From the NCBI RefSeq assembly GCF_009914755.1, contig NC_060938.1: a DNA stretch of 64,000 nt; one strand, given 5' to 3'. This document shows, one piece after another, positions 30,771-44,640 of the stretch. Made by a program: the position numbers and the translations under genes. Positions within the stretch are counted from its first letter, which is position 1. Every line of letters begins with the position of its first letter. The notes beneath the pieces were generated by a model that ran no database searches, had not been told where the DNA came from, and worked only from the letters and a program-made list of their open reading frames with translations. The DNA comes from the human T2T-CHM13v2.0 reference genome, Homo sapiens.

Positions 30771-32064
30771 AGAGAGAGTAAAAATAACTCTTTAAAACTT
30801 AAATTACATTATGAGTTTTCTCCTATACGTTACTATATGTTGAAAAGCAACATTTATGGCAATATAGTATTCCAACCATGAACCATAATTTATTTAAGTA
30901 TATTTCTATTGTTTGACATTTAAATCATTTGTGTTGATCACTATTATAAATAATTCTGTAATAAATATCTTCTACACATGCATTTGCATAGCTTATGTTT
31001 TTCCCTTTGTGTAAATTCCTAACTACTGGATCAAAGAGTAAAACACTGTCAAGACTCTTGACACTTATTGCCAAATTGTTTACCTATCAGCAATATATAA
31101 GCATTAGTTTAATTTTACTTATGCTGGTACTGAATAGGATTATTTTAGAATAGCTTCCATTGGATTAGAAAAATTTTAAAGAAAACAATTTAAACAAGTT
31201 CTCCTAACTACATATTTTTTCTAGTTGCATTGCTAAAAACATTATTACGATGGGTTTAAATAATTTGACATTTCCGTCCTATACAAAATAGATTTAAAAA
31301 TTAGGTCATATCCATGTGATAGGAAATTGCGCATCTTCATAGTCTTTGTCCTTCTGTGTTATTTTAGTTTGAGCTAGTTAAATATTTTTTGAGAAAAATA
31401 TTTGAGAAAAATATTGCATACAATATAATGATCCTTCTAGGCTAAACCAACCAGATTAGTTACAGCTCAGGGGAGAGTTTGCAAAACAATATTGCTATTG
31501 TTGCCTTATAGTTTCCTATTTGTTGTTTTTATTTTTATATCAGTGAAAGTACATTGCATGCTAGAGCTTTATAAAAAATAAAAAACATGCCTCCAGCAAA
31601 GGCAAATTTTATATACTTTAGCATTAAGAAAATATTCTACCAATAAAATCTGATTTTTTTCAATTGTTAAAAGGTCTTAAAATTCAGAGTATGCATTTAA
31701 AAAAATATGACTTCATCCAAATTAAATTATTCTTTTTCATCTTCACATATTAATATTTACCAAATTAGTGTTTCAAGCTTAAATTAACTTAGTCTGCAAG
31801 GCTGGTATGCTGTTCCAGCATTTCCTGTATTTTAAATGCTTACACATTGCATTATTAGATAATCTTAGTCTTGTCTGTTTTATTAATTAAAAATGCAATT
31901 AAACCACTGTTATTTAAAATCTATAGTCATATAGCTTAAAAATAACTCAAACTCAAATAATCATAAAAGACTAGTCCAAATATTTTGTCTTTTGACCCAG
32001 TAATTTTACTTGATTACTAGCCCAGGAGAGTTTCTTCTTTAAAGCCCCATTTGCAATTTCCAGT

Positions 32065-32235
32065 TATTACCTGTATGTTATTAAATACTCTATGTTGTTA
32101 ATATTGATCTCACACAAACCTCATCAGGTAGGCATAATTATCTGCATTTTAGCCCTGAAAATGTTAGGCCAAAGAGATTGAGGAATTTAGCTATGGATTT
32201 AAGGCAAGTAAATGGTGAAAGTAATATTTAAAGTC
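32065..32235 (-). mobile_element. MIR fragment
   Basis: Degenerate MIR core (aggtagg...attatctgcattttag...aggccaaagagattgagg). Confidence 0.55.
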
Positions 32236-32471
32236 AAAAAAGTCATCATTGGGAAAGAAGAAAGGAAAGTTCACAGTAAAAGGATTTGCCTATTTACTAG
32301 TTTTGTGGCCTATTTAATACAAGATATTTACTTACACATTTCACAAGCATTTTACAATAGAAGAAGAAATTAACTTGTAATGTTTTCTTGAAAGTTTAAT
32401 GTTTGCTACATTTTTTAGAGTTAAATAACATGCCACTTACCTGGCAAATACAGCAGTGGAGGGTTGCCATC

Positions 32472-32861
32472 TGTAATAGTTTGCTAGGGCTGCCACAACA
32501 AAGTACCCCAAGACTAAGTGGCTTAAACAACGAAAATGTGTTTCCTTACAATTCTGGAGGCCAGAAATTTAAGATGAAGGTGTCAGCAGGGTTGGTTTCT
32601 TCTATGGACCTCTCTCCTTAGTTTGTAGATTACCATTTTCTCCCTGTGTCTTCACATAGTCGTTCCTGTGAAAGCATCTGAGTCCTAATTTCCCTTTCTT
32701 ATAAGAACAATAGTCATATTGGATTAAGGCCCATCCTAATACCTCATTTGACTCTAGTTGCCTTTGAATAGCTCTATTTCTAAATATAGTCACAATCTGA
32801 GGCACTAGGGGTGAAAACTTCAGTGTATGAATTTGGGTAGTACATAGTACAATTCATTACA
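32472..32861 (-). mobile_element. MLT1B-like MaLR solo LTR
   Basis: tgtaatagtttgctagggctgcc...ggcttaaacaac...tctggaggc...tatgaatttggg...aca; about 390 bp. Confidence 0.85.
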
Positions 32862-33164
32862 TCATTGTAGGCTGAATTTCACTTTCTACATTGTATTTGC
32901 TCTAGTGTTTGGATTAAGTATTCCAAAAATACATTATATTGCAATGTGAAAAATATTTTAAAATATTAAGTAAAGATATATTTGCATAGCCATATAATAT
33001 GTCATTAAGTTTATGTTAATACATGTAAACTATGTTCAAAAGAAACCACCTTAATTCTTCACTCATAAGCAATTTACTAACTTTATAAACATATGTAAAC
33101 ATGTTTGGTTACCAGGGCTTCTAGTTTATAGTAAATTACAATCAGAAAAGTATATAAAGAAAGA

Positions 33165-36100
33165 GGTCTGCCATTCCCATTGGAGAAAGGGAGATGCAGC
33201 TGCCTACCTCTCTCCCCTCAAGGATCAGCCACTACTGAGCTGCTTTAGAAAAGAAGTCATCACATCTCCCAACCCCTCACATGCCTCAATCCCTGAGCCA
33301 CAGCCATCCTTCAAGTGCCTGTACTCCAAACCTGGGCTCTGTGGCCACTCTGCAAGTACCCACATTTCAATCCTGGGCTCTGTGGTTTCATGGTAGTCAC
33401 CCACATCTCAAGTACTGGAACCATCTCCCTGGTGAGCTAATTTACACTCTGGATCCTGATACCAAGGTCTCTCTGAGTGTGCCATGCTCCAGGCACCGAC
33501 TAAGCCTCCATAGAGAGCTAGGCCCTGCCCTGACTTCAGAGCCGCTGTAACTCTGTGCATGCCTGTGATCCCATTTAGGGCTCCTTGACTGCTTCATGAA
33601 CATCTGCACCAGTGCAGCAGCAGAAATATAAGAAAATATGCAACATTACGTATAAGGAAGTTTCAATAAAGCTAGCCCAGATTTCTCAGCAGAAACCTGA
33701 TAGACTAAGGTAAACTGGGATGATAGATACAAAGTGTTGAAGGTGAAAAACTACCAAAAAAGCACAGTTTACTTGGCAAAGCTGTCCTTGAAAAATGAAA
33801 GAAAGAGAAAGACCTTCCCAGATAAACAAAAGCTAAGAGAGCTTATATCGCCAGCAGAATTGTTATACAAAAAATGCTAAAGGATATTCTTCAAGCTGAA
33901 AGAAAAAGATGCTAACAAGTAACATGAAAACATATGAAAATATTAAACTCACTGGTAACATTTAGTACACAATCAAATTTAGAATATTCTAACACTGCAA
34001 TAGTGGTATGTAAACAACTTATATTTTTAGTATAGGGGCTAAAAGGCAAAACTATAAAAATAGTAGTCACAATAATTTTTAAGGGATATACAATATAAAA
34101 AATGTAAATTGTGACATGAAAAACATGAATTGTGGGGCAGGGAGTGGAGTAAATGTGTAGAATTATTTTATGTGATCAAGGTTAAGTTGCCATCTTAGAA
34201 TAGCCTATTATTACTATAAGATATTTTATTTAAGCCTCATGTAACCACAAAACAAATACCTGTAGTAGATACCCAAAAGATAACATGTAAGAAATCAAAG
34301 CATGCCACTAAACAAAAATCATGTAATCAAAAACAAAGACAGCAGTAGAGGAGGAAACGGGAAAAGGAACTACAAAAACCCTGGAAACAGTTAACAAAAT
34401 GACAATAGTAAGTCCTTACCTATCAATAGTTACCTTGAATTTAAGCAGATAAAATTCTTTAATCAAGAGACATAGTGGCTGAATGGATAAAATAATAAGT
34501 TCAAACTATATGCTGCCTGTAAGAGATTCACTTCACCTTTAAGGATGCACATAGATTGAAAGTAAAAGAATGGATAAAGACATTCCATTCAAATGGAAAA
34601 CCAAAGAGAGCAGAAGAAACTATACTTATGTCAGATAAAATAGATTTTTAAGTCAGAAACTATAAAATGAGACAAAGAAGGTCATCATATAATAATAAAA
34701 ACATCAACTCATCAAGAATTGATTGTTAATATTTGTACTCAACATAAGAATATCTAAATATATATATAAAACAAATATTAATAGATCTGAAAAGAGAGAT
34801 ACACTATAGTACTATAATAGTAGAGGATTTGATATCCCAGTTTCAACAATGGAAAGATCATCCAGACAGAAAATCAATAAAAGACAGTAGACTTAAACTA
34901 CAAGTTAGACCAAATAGACCTAACAGACATATACAGAAAATTCTGTGCAATAGAAGCAGAATGCACATTCTGCTCAAACACACATGGAACATTCTCCAGG
35001 GTATATCATATGTTAGGCCACAAAACAAGCTTAAACAATTTAAAAAGCCAGAAATCATATCAAATATCTTTTCTGACCACAATTATATGAAACTAAAAGT
35101 CTATAATGGGGAAATTTTAGGAAATTTACATATATGTAGAAATTAAATAACAGGCTTCTTAAAAACTAATGGGTCAAAGAAGAAATTAAAAGAGAAATAA
35201 AGGCCAGGTGCGGTGGCTCACGCCTGTGGTCCCAGCACTTTGGGAGGCTGAGGCGGGTGGATCACAAGGTCAGATGTTTGAGATCAGCCTGGCCAACATG
35301 GTGAAACCCAGTCTGTACTAGAAATACAGAAATTGGATAGGCATGGAGGCTGAGGCGGGAGTATCACTTGAACCCGGAGGCAGAGGTTGCAGTGAGCCAA
35401 GACCATGCCATTGCACTCCAGCCTGGGCAACAGGGTGAGACTCCATCTCAAAAAAAAAAAAAAAAGAAAAAATAGATTGAGATAAATGAAAATGAAAACA
35501 CAACATACCAAAATTTATGGGATATAGCAAAAGCAATTCTAAGAGGGACGTGTATAGCAATAAACACCCAAATAAAAATCCTAAATAAAAAAAACTAATG
35601 TTTCATCACAAGGAACTAGGAAAGGAATAGTAAACTATGTCCACTGTTAGTAGAAAAAAAAGGTAATGATAATGATCAGAGAATTAACAAATGAAATAGA
35701 AACTACAAAATCAATAAAAAGATAAACAAGACTAAAAGTTGGTTCTTTGAAAAGACAAACAAAATTGACAAAACTTTAGCTAGACTAAGAGAAAAAGAAT
35801 CAAATAAATAAAACCAGAAATAAAAAGGATACATTGCAACTGATGCCACAGAAATAGAAGGGTTAATAATGAAACCACTATGAAGAACTATATGTCAACA
35901 AATTTGGCAAACTGGAAGAAATAGATAAATTCCTAAACATATACCACATATCAAGACTGAATCATTAGAAAATAGAAGATCTGAATATGCCAATAACTAG
36001 CCAAGAGATTGAATCATAGTAAAAAGTTTGCCATGAAAAAAAAAGCCTAGGACCTAATACCTTCATGGATGAATTCTCCCAAACATTTAAATAACTAATA

Positions 36101-38730
36101 CCAATATTTCTGAAACTCTTCCAAAAATTAAAGCAGAGAGAATATGTCCAAACTTATCCTGTGAGACAAATGTTATGCTGAAACCAAGACTATACAGGGG
36201 AACTGCAAGAAAAGAAAATTCTGAGCCAATCTCCCTGATGAACATGGATGCAAAAATCCTTAACAAAATACTAGCAAACTGAATTCAACAGCACATCAAA
36301 AGGATCATTCACCATGACCAAGTTGATTTATCCCAGGGATGCAAGGATGATTCAACATACACAAATCTACCAATGCAATATACTACATTAACAGAATGAA
36401 GGACAAAAACTTTGTGATGATCTCAAATGCAAACAACAACAACAACAACAAAAGGCTTTCAACAATTCAACATACTTTACTGATAAAAATCTCAAAAAAT
36501 AGGTATAGAAGGGATCTATCTCAACACAATAAAGGCCATATATTACAAGCTTATAGCTAACATCTTACTCAATAGTGAAAAGTTTAATGCTTTTTCCTAA
36601 GATCAGGAATAAGACAAGGATGCCCATTCTCACCACTTTCTATTCAACAGTACTGGAAATTTAATCCACAGAAATTAGAAAAAGAGAAAAACATAAAAGA
36701 TACCTAATTAGAAAGGAAAAAGTGAAATTGCTACTATTTGCTGATGACATGATATTATATATGAAAAATTCTAAGGACTCTACCAAAATAATATTAGAAC
36801 TAATAAACAAATTCAGTAAAGTTGCAAGATGCAAAACCAACATGCAAAGCTCAGTACCATTTATATAAACTAATAACTAAAATATTTTAAAAATCATGTT
36901 TGCAATAGCTACAAAAAACTTAGGAATAAATTTCACTAAAGAGGTGACAGATTTGTACACTGAAAACTATAAAGCATTGATCAAAGCAATTAAATGAATA
37001 AATGGAAAGATAACCTATGTTCATAAATTGAGAGAATTAATATTGTTAAAATGTCCATATTACTGAGTGATCCACAGATTCAGTGCAATAGTTCTCAAAA
37101 TACCATTGACATTTTTCACAGAAATAGAAAAAACAATCCTAAAATTTGTATGTAACTACAAAAGAATAACCAAAGCAATCTTTAGAGAAAAAATCCAGAT
37201 GTATCACACAAGCTGAATTCCAAATCTACTGTAAAGCCAATCAAAAGCATGGTATTGGCATAAAAACAGATCAGATATATAGGATGATAAAACAAAATAG
37301 AGACTCCAGAAATTTATCTATCTACACATGAACAATTGATTTTCAACAACGATACCAACAACATACAATGGATAAAGGTGCCTCTTCAATAAATTGTGTT
37401 CGGAAAACTGATATTTTTATAAAGAATGAAATTAGGCCCTTATGTTATACCACATACAAAAATCAACTTAAAATGGATTGAAGACTTCAACATAAGACCC
37501 AAAACTATAAAACTACTGAAACAAAACATAGAGGAAAATCTCCACATTGTTCTGGGCAATGAGGTTTTTGATATGACCCCAAAAGCACAGGAAGCATAAT
37601 CATAGCTACACAGGTGGGACTACAGCAAACTAAAAAGCTCCTGCACAGGAAAGGAAACAACAGAGTGAAAGACCATCTAGAGACGGGGAGAATATATTTT
37701 CAAGCCACACACTGATAAGTGGTTAATATCTAAAATATATAAGGAACTCCTTTACTCAATAGCAAGAAAACAAATAACCCGATTGAAAAATGAGCCAAGA
37801 ACCTAAATAGACATTTCTCAAAAGAAGACATATAAATGGTCAAGTATATGAAAATAGGCTCAAAATCACTAATCATCAGGAAAATGCAAATTAAAATTAT
37901 AATGAGATATCACTTCATACCTGTTAAAATGGCTACTACCAAAAAGATGAAAGAAAACAAGTGTTGATGAGGATGTAGAATAAAGAAAACCCTTGTACCT
38001 GGTTGGTAAGAAGGTAAATTAGCATAGCCATTATGGAAAACACTATGGAGGTTCCTCAAACAATTAAAAAGAGAATTACCATACGATCCAACAATCCCAC
38101 TATGGACTATATATTTAACAATATAAAATTTTAAAAAGATATGAAATTAGTATGCTGAAAAGATGTCTGCACTCCTGTGTTTGTTGCAACATTATTTACA
38201 ATAGCCAAGATATGAGGTCAACCTAAGTTTCAGCAATGGATGAATGGATGAAGAAAATTTGGTATATATACACCATGAAATACTGTTCAGCCTTCAAAAA
38301 GAATGAAATCTTGACATTTGTGACAACATTGATGAACCTGACAGACATTATGTTAAAGAAAATAAGCCAGGCACAGAAAGAAAAGCACCACATGATCTAA
38401 CTTATATATGGCATCTATAAAAGTCATAGAAACAGAGAGTAAAATGGTGGTTATGAGAGGCTGAGAAGGTTGGAGCAATGGTCAAATAATATAAAATTTC
38501 AGCTAGGAGGAATAAGTTGAAGAGACCTCTTGTGCATTATGATGACTGTAGTTAATAACAATATTTTGTATACTTGAAAGTTGCTTAAAGTAAATTTGAA
38601 GTGTCTCACCACATAAAAATGATAAATACATGAGGTAATGCATACTTAAATAGCTTGATTTAGGAATCCCACAGTGCATAGATGTATCAAATCATCGTGC
38701 TGTATCCCATAAATATGTACAATTTTTACT
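33165..38730 (+). mobile_element. L1MA6/7/8-like LINE-1: 5'UTR piece, ORF1 3' part, ORF2 and 3'UTR (degenerate)
   Basis: Continuous ORF2-like sequence including the RT-like tttgctgatgacatgat (FADDM) near 36737; L1MA-type 3'UTR. Confidence 0.88.
35202..35465 (+). mobile_element. AluSg-like element with an internal deletion of about 30 bp
   Basis: gatcacaaggtcag diagnostic; right arm lacks the cctgtaatcccagctact block; A-rich TSD. Confidence 0.9.
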
Positions 38731-39007
38731 TGATGAAGAGAAGTTGGCTAATGGGTACAAAAATACAATTAGAAGGAATAAGTTCTACTGTTGTATAGAT
38801 AGTAGGGTGTCTATAGTTAACAATAATTTATTGTATGTTTCAGTGTCACTAGAAGAAAAGATTTAAAATATTCCCAACACAAATAATAGATGTTTGAGGT
38901 GATGGATATCCCAAGTACCCTGATTTGATCATTATACATTGTATGTATGTATCAAAATATCATATGTACCCCAGAAATATATGCAATCATTATATAGCAA
39001 TAAAAAG
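38731..39007 (+). mobile_element. Short L1MA4-like 3' end
   Basis: gatgaagagaagttggctaatgggtacaaaaataca...tgtttgaggtgatggatatccc...tgtacccc. Confidence 0.75.
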
Positions 39008-39899
39008 CAGGAAGATATTTGCATACTCACATACGCATATATGTACACACAATATAAACTCAAACAAGCATGCATGCACACAAGTTATAGGTCATTTAAT
39101 ATAAAGGTAAACATTGAGACACTTCAAAAGCTTCATCTTATCACTGTATTTTTATAGAGGGTAATATAATTATAATGACAGATAATGACAAATCTGGGAC
39201 AATAAGTAAAATGTAAAAAAGATTCATTGTTAAATAATGCAATTATTTAATATAAAATAAGACAATTTATTGAGAGAATGTTAATGTGTTTATTAGATCT
39301 ATAGGTCCTTTTAATGTTAAAACATTTTGTCTTCAAGAGATCTACGTAACTTGATCGTAATACATGCTTTTTTCAAATTGCTAGATTCACCTGGTAATAT
39401 TTTGGGGAATTTTAGCATCTGTGTGCAGAAGTGAACTTGATGTGTATGTTTGCCTTTTGATGCAGTCCTTTTACGACTACATAATCCCATATCTACTCCT
39501 CATACAATGATTTGAGGAATGTGTCATTTTCTATATGATAGAAAATGATTTGTTCCTTGAATGATTAATAGAACCTGCCTTTAAGATTTCTGAGCTTGAG
39601 ATTTTCTTTTTCTGAATACTTTAATGTTAATGTTTCTTTCATAAAGGGTAATTTATTCTTCTTGTATCAACTCTTTGTAAGTAATATTATTCCAGACATT
39701 TCACCATTCATCTAAACTTTGAAATTTCATGGCATAATTTAAAACATAATTACCTTAGTTAACTGAATTTTTTATCTCTGTAATATAAAAGAAGCACAGA
39801 GTACTTTAATGTGCAGGATCCCTTCTTGTCTTTCATGCTATTGCTGCCTAGTATTTTACTTCTGTCATATTTTTAATCAAAATCTACTTTTTTGATATT

Positions 39900-40230
39900 A
39901 CTGAGTGACAAACCACACTAAAATGCGCTGGCTTAAAACCAACATTTATTCAGCTTACAATTTGTGGTTATAAAGTTAACACTGGACTCATTTGGTAGTT
40001 CTGGTCTCAGCCCAAGTTCTCCAGTAGCCTGCCATCAGTTGTGAGTCAGCTAGGTGTGTCTACATCTGGATTTGTCAGGCTATTGGCAGAGGTGCATTGA
40101 TTCTTCTTTCGGTGGTCTTCCATCTTCCAGCAGGCCAGACTAAGATATGTTCACCTGGAGGTGAGTTCCAACAAAAGAACAAGAGCACACAGGCCTTTTG
40201 ATGCCTAGGTTTGGAACTGGCACATCACTT
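39900..40230 (-). mobile_element. Old MLT1 (H/J-like) LTR fragment within L1ME remnants
   Basis: acaaaccac...ggcttaaaacc...ccagcaggccag...cctaggtttggaactggcacatcactt. Confidence 0.65.
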
Positions 40231-40705
40231 ATATTTATATATATTTTTACCAATTCTTTTTATTACTATTCTTTCTTTCATCTCATACTATCATCTAGGA
40301 TAATTGCCTTTAGTTCTCTAAAACATCTGTTACAATTTCATTTAATGAAATTTTTGTTGTTGCTTTTGATGAATTTTGGAAGACTTTTTTAATCTGAAAA
40401 TTTCTTCATTTTGAAAACATTCTTGAAAGGGAAATTTTCTGGAAATCCCATTCAATATTTTCATCCCATTTCACTTATATCATCTCAGCATTTCTAAGAA
40501 AATTTTCAATATTATTTGGATTCCATTATCAAGAAGTCTAATTGTCATTCTTTTGAAAGTCTTTTTTCTAGGGCTGCTTTTAAGTTTCTTCATTGCCTTT
40601 GTGTTGGGCACTATCAGTAGAATTATTGTAGAAAAAGTATAAAATTACACAAAATGAATTCAAGAAAACTTAGTAAATACTGAAGTTTTAAAATTTAAAA
40701 AGGCA

Positions 40706-40980
40706 CCCTTAGCAAACTGATGCAGGAACAGAAAACCAAATACCACATGTTCTCACTTATACATGAGAAGAAGTGATAAGAACGCATAGACACCTAGAGG
40801 GGAACAACACACACTGGGGGCTTTTAGGGAGTAGAGGGTGGGAGGAGGGAGAAGATCAGGAAAAATGGGTTCTAGGCTTAATACCTGGATGACAAAATAA
40901 TCTGTACAACAAACCCCCATGACACAAGTTTACCTATGTAAGAAATCTGCACATGTACCCCAGATCTTAAAGCGAAAATT
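40706..40980 (+). mobile_element. L1PA13-like 3' end
   Basis: gatcaggaaaaat...taggcttaatacctgg...ctgtacaacaaacccccatgacacaagtttacctatgtaa. Confidence 0.85.
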
Positions 40981-41126
40981 ATATGTTTTAAAAAGTATGC
41001 TACTGATGAGTAGATGACTTATTCTAATATAAATGACATGATGAAAACACCAAAATAAAGCATGAGAATTTCATGTGATAATTGAGAAGGCATTTATAAA
41101 TATAAAATAAAACCAAAGAGTAATTT

Positions 41127-41414
41127 ATCATTCTCAGTAAACTATCGCAAGAACAAAAAACCAAACACTGCATATTCTCACTCATAGGTGGGAATTGAAC
41201 AATGAGATCACATGGACACATGAAGGGGAACATCACACTCTGGGGACTGTTGTGGGGTGGGGGGAGAGGGGAGGGATAGCATTGGGAGATATACCTAATG
41301 CTCGATGACGAGTTAGTGGGTGCAGCGCACCAGCGTGGCACATGTATACGTATGTAACTAACCTGCACAATGTGCACATGTACCCTAAAACTTAAAGTAT
41401 AATAATAAAAGAAA
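41127..41414 (+). mobile_element. L1PA2-like 3' end (young, 5'-truncated)
   Basis: Near-consensus young 3'UTR with gacGAGttagtggg (not the L1-Ta ACA); TSD aaagagtaattt / aaaaagtaattt. Confidence 0.92.
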
Positions 41415-41607
41415 AAAAAGTAATTTAGAATAAAAAAATGCACCAAAGATGAGGTATCTTGATAACGTAGAGGAAGGAGAATAAGAAAAGGAAGATTCAA
41501 GAAGATCTTCTGTTGGATAAGTAAGAAATAAAGACAGCTTTCAGATTCCAATTAAAATAGGCAACAAGATGTTAGTATTTCCTTTTATTGCCCTAGACCT
41601 CCAGCAA

Positions 41608-42040
41608 TGCAGGACATTTCCCAGGGTGGCCTTGGAATGACCCAGTTCTCCCCACTTTCTTGTTTGTAGTTCTTAAGAATAACTGTACAATGTGCTAGGA
41701 GTGCAACATCCCTGAGATAAGGAGAGACTGACTGGAACAGCATGGGCTCAGTGCCAGTTCCACCCTAAAAGGAGGATGTTCTTCAATGCTTTAAATCAGC
41801 AACTCACATGACCTCAAGATATCAAACATGGGAATGGCGGGCTGCTTTCCATGCTCCCCTCTCTGTGGTTCTGGTGGGAAATACCCAGAGGAGACTTCAC
41901 CTGCCCTGGGCAGCTTTCCTGAGCCTTGGGCCAGCTCACAGTGAGTCCTAGGCTTCTGTTGTTCCTTGCTGCCTAACTGTAAGTATTAATAATAAAACTC
42001 AAATAAGTTGGTAATCAGTGCACAGTGAACCTGCTTCACA
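41608..42040 (+). mobile_element. LTR47A-like ERVL solo LTR
   Basis: gtggccttgga.tgacccagttctcccc...aagaataactgta...cagtgcacagtgaacctgcttcaca; flanking GCAAT direct repeat. Confidence 0.78.
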
Positions 42041-42993
42041 GCAATATTTTTTATAATTCCCTCTATATAGAGGAATTGAAAGATTATGAAATCTGATCTA
42101 AATAACTTTGTGCTGTTTAAGAAGATAGTTGCTAGTAAAAGGATTATAAACTTGTATTAATCTTAGAAATTTTATAAATTACATTCTGCATGAAAGAGAA
42201 TAAAAGCAATTATAATTTATCAAATATTCTGTTTCTTCAATATACCTGTAGATGAAATATGTCAATTTAGTAAATTATAATTGTCATAATAATTTTCTAA
42301 ATCTGCAATTCCTACAAAGTTGTCTGTTTTAATTTTATTAAAAAATAATATAAGCTAGTAAGCTCTGTCCAACTTTGTTTGTCAAAATTGCTCAGGGCAA
42401 AAATTTCCAGTGGAAAGCAAGAAATAAGATGGAAAACATTAATGAGTTAAAACAAAACTTTTTTTTTTTTTAAAGAGAACCTATGGAATTTCTTTCATTT
42501 CTATTTTAACATGTAAATATATTCCATCAGATGAACTATAGCAGAATTGTAAGGCAGAAAAATGAGATGTTAACTGGAGACTTGGGTGGGAGGCATTAAT
42601 TTGGGTTTTAACTGGAGTAAAATTTAAATTTTACTGTACTGGAGTAGAATTTAGATTATCATATTGCACGCATTACCCCTGTCTTTCAGTTTGAGGGCAT
42701 TGCATTCTCTCAGAAGAGGAGTACAACTTGATTTCATGTGCTCTCCCAAGAAGTGAAATTGATTAGTTTCTTACAGCTTTATATTTTTGTCTGTATTTTT
42801 TAAGGTTTCCTACAAACCATTTTAAATGTGTCTAATAAATGATGGACATTCTTTCTTGGAGATCATCTGTAAATGCATGCATGCTGGTGGTGGTGGTATG
42901 GGTAGTACAGAGGAGTAGAACAAACAAAAATCTTTCAGAAAGAAGGGGATTATCTTATGTTTTATGTAGTTATCATTGTATAATCTCTTATAC

Positions 42994-43157
42994 TTTTTAT
43001 TTATTTATTTGAAATAGGGTCTTGCTTTGTCACCCAGGCTGGGGTATAGGAGCACAGTCATGGCTCACTGCAGCCTCAACCTCCTGAGCTCAAGTGATCC
43101 TCCCACCTTGGTCTCCCAAAATGCTAGCATTACAGGCATGGGCCACTGTGCTCAGCC
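42994..43157 (-). mobile_element. Monomeric Alu (FRAM/FLAM-like)
   Basis: Single-arm Alu with a T-rich tail on +. Confidence 0.85.
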
Positions 43158-43374
43158 CCTTTATGTTTTTTAATTGTGATGATATTTCCCTGCGTGGTAT
43201 TTTTTTTCGTGTACAAATGCCAAAAGTCTAATAAAAGAAGTTGATATTTCTATCTGTACTGAGTCATTTGGTGGGAACAAAGATATGCTAAGAAAAGCAA
43301 GGGATCAGGAACAAATGTATAAAGAGGGAGAGAAAGGAATTTTACATCGTATCAAAATAGGGATAACAATATTT

Positions 43375-44640
43375 TATTTTTAAGAAACATTCTTCGGTTA
43401 CAACATATATACCAAAAATTCATCTATTTTAAGTGTACAATTTAATATTTATTAGCATTTTTAAGAGTTGTGCAACCACCATCATACTAAAATTTTAAAC
43501 ATTTGTTATCATCCTCAAAGGAATCCTCATATCATTAGCATTCAAGCCTTGTTCCTCTTTCCCCTCAGCTCTAAGTAGCTACTCATCTACTCTCTGTCTC
43601 TGAGATTTGTCTATTCTGGAGCTTTTATATAAATTTATTAATGCAATAATATATTATCTTTTGTGACTGGCTTCTTTGACCTAGCATGTTTTTAAGGGCA
43701 ATCCTTGTTACAGCATTTATCAGCACTTCATTTGTTTCACTGCTGAGTACTATTCCACTGTATGGATATACCACATTTTGATTATTCATTCATCAGTTGA
43801 TGAATATTTGGAATATTTCCACTTTGTGGCTGTTATTTATAATGCTGCTGTGAACATTAGTGTGCAAGTCTGTATGTGGGCATACGTTTTTATTTCTCTT
43901 GGGTAGATACCAAGGAATGGAATTTCTAAGTCTATGCTTAACATTTTCGAGAAATTGTACAACTGTTTTCGAAAATGGTTTTATCAATGTACATTCACAC
44001 CAGCAAATATTTTAGATTTCCACATTCTTGTCAATATGCATTGTATGTTTCTCTCTTAAGATAACCCTTTAGTGAGTATGAAATGCTACTTCCTTGTGGT
44101 TTTGATTTGCATTTTTCTATTGTATATGCTTTTGAGCATAGTTTCATGTGCTTATTGGTCATTTGTATGTCTTTTTTGGAGAAATAGTCATTCAAATCCT
44201 TTGACAACAATCCATTTGGAAATTGAATTGTTATCTTTACATCATTGAGTTTATGAATTATTTATATATTCTTTATATATTATGGGTATAAATCCTTTAT
44301 CAGACTTATGATTAGCAAATATTTTTATCACTCTGTAGATAATATTTTTATTATCTTGATAGTGTTGAAAAGTTAAAAGATTTTAATTTTGATAAAGTTC
44401 AATTTATAATTTTATTGCCATGATTTTGATGACTTACCTAATAAATCATTGTCTATCCCAAGGTCATGAATATTTATTGCTATATTTTTTCCAAGGGTTT
44501 TATGGTTTTAAACCTTATATTTAGGCCTATAACCCATTTGAGTTAAATTTTGTGTATGGTGTGAGGTAGGGGCCTGATTTTATTCTTTAAGATATGGATA
44601 TCCAGTTGTTGCAAAAACATGTGTTGCAAAGAGTACTTCA
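43375..44640 (-). mobile_element. L1MB-type 3' fragment
   Basis: ttttaagtgtacaatt...gagttgtgcaaccacc L1MB 3'UTR followed by antisense ORF2-like sequence. Confidence 0.82.
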
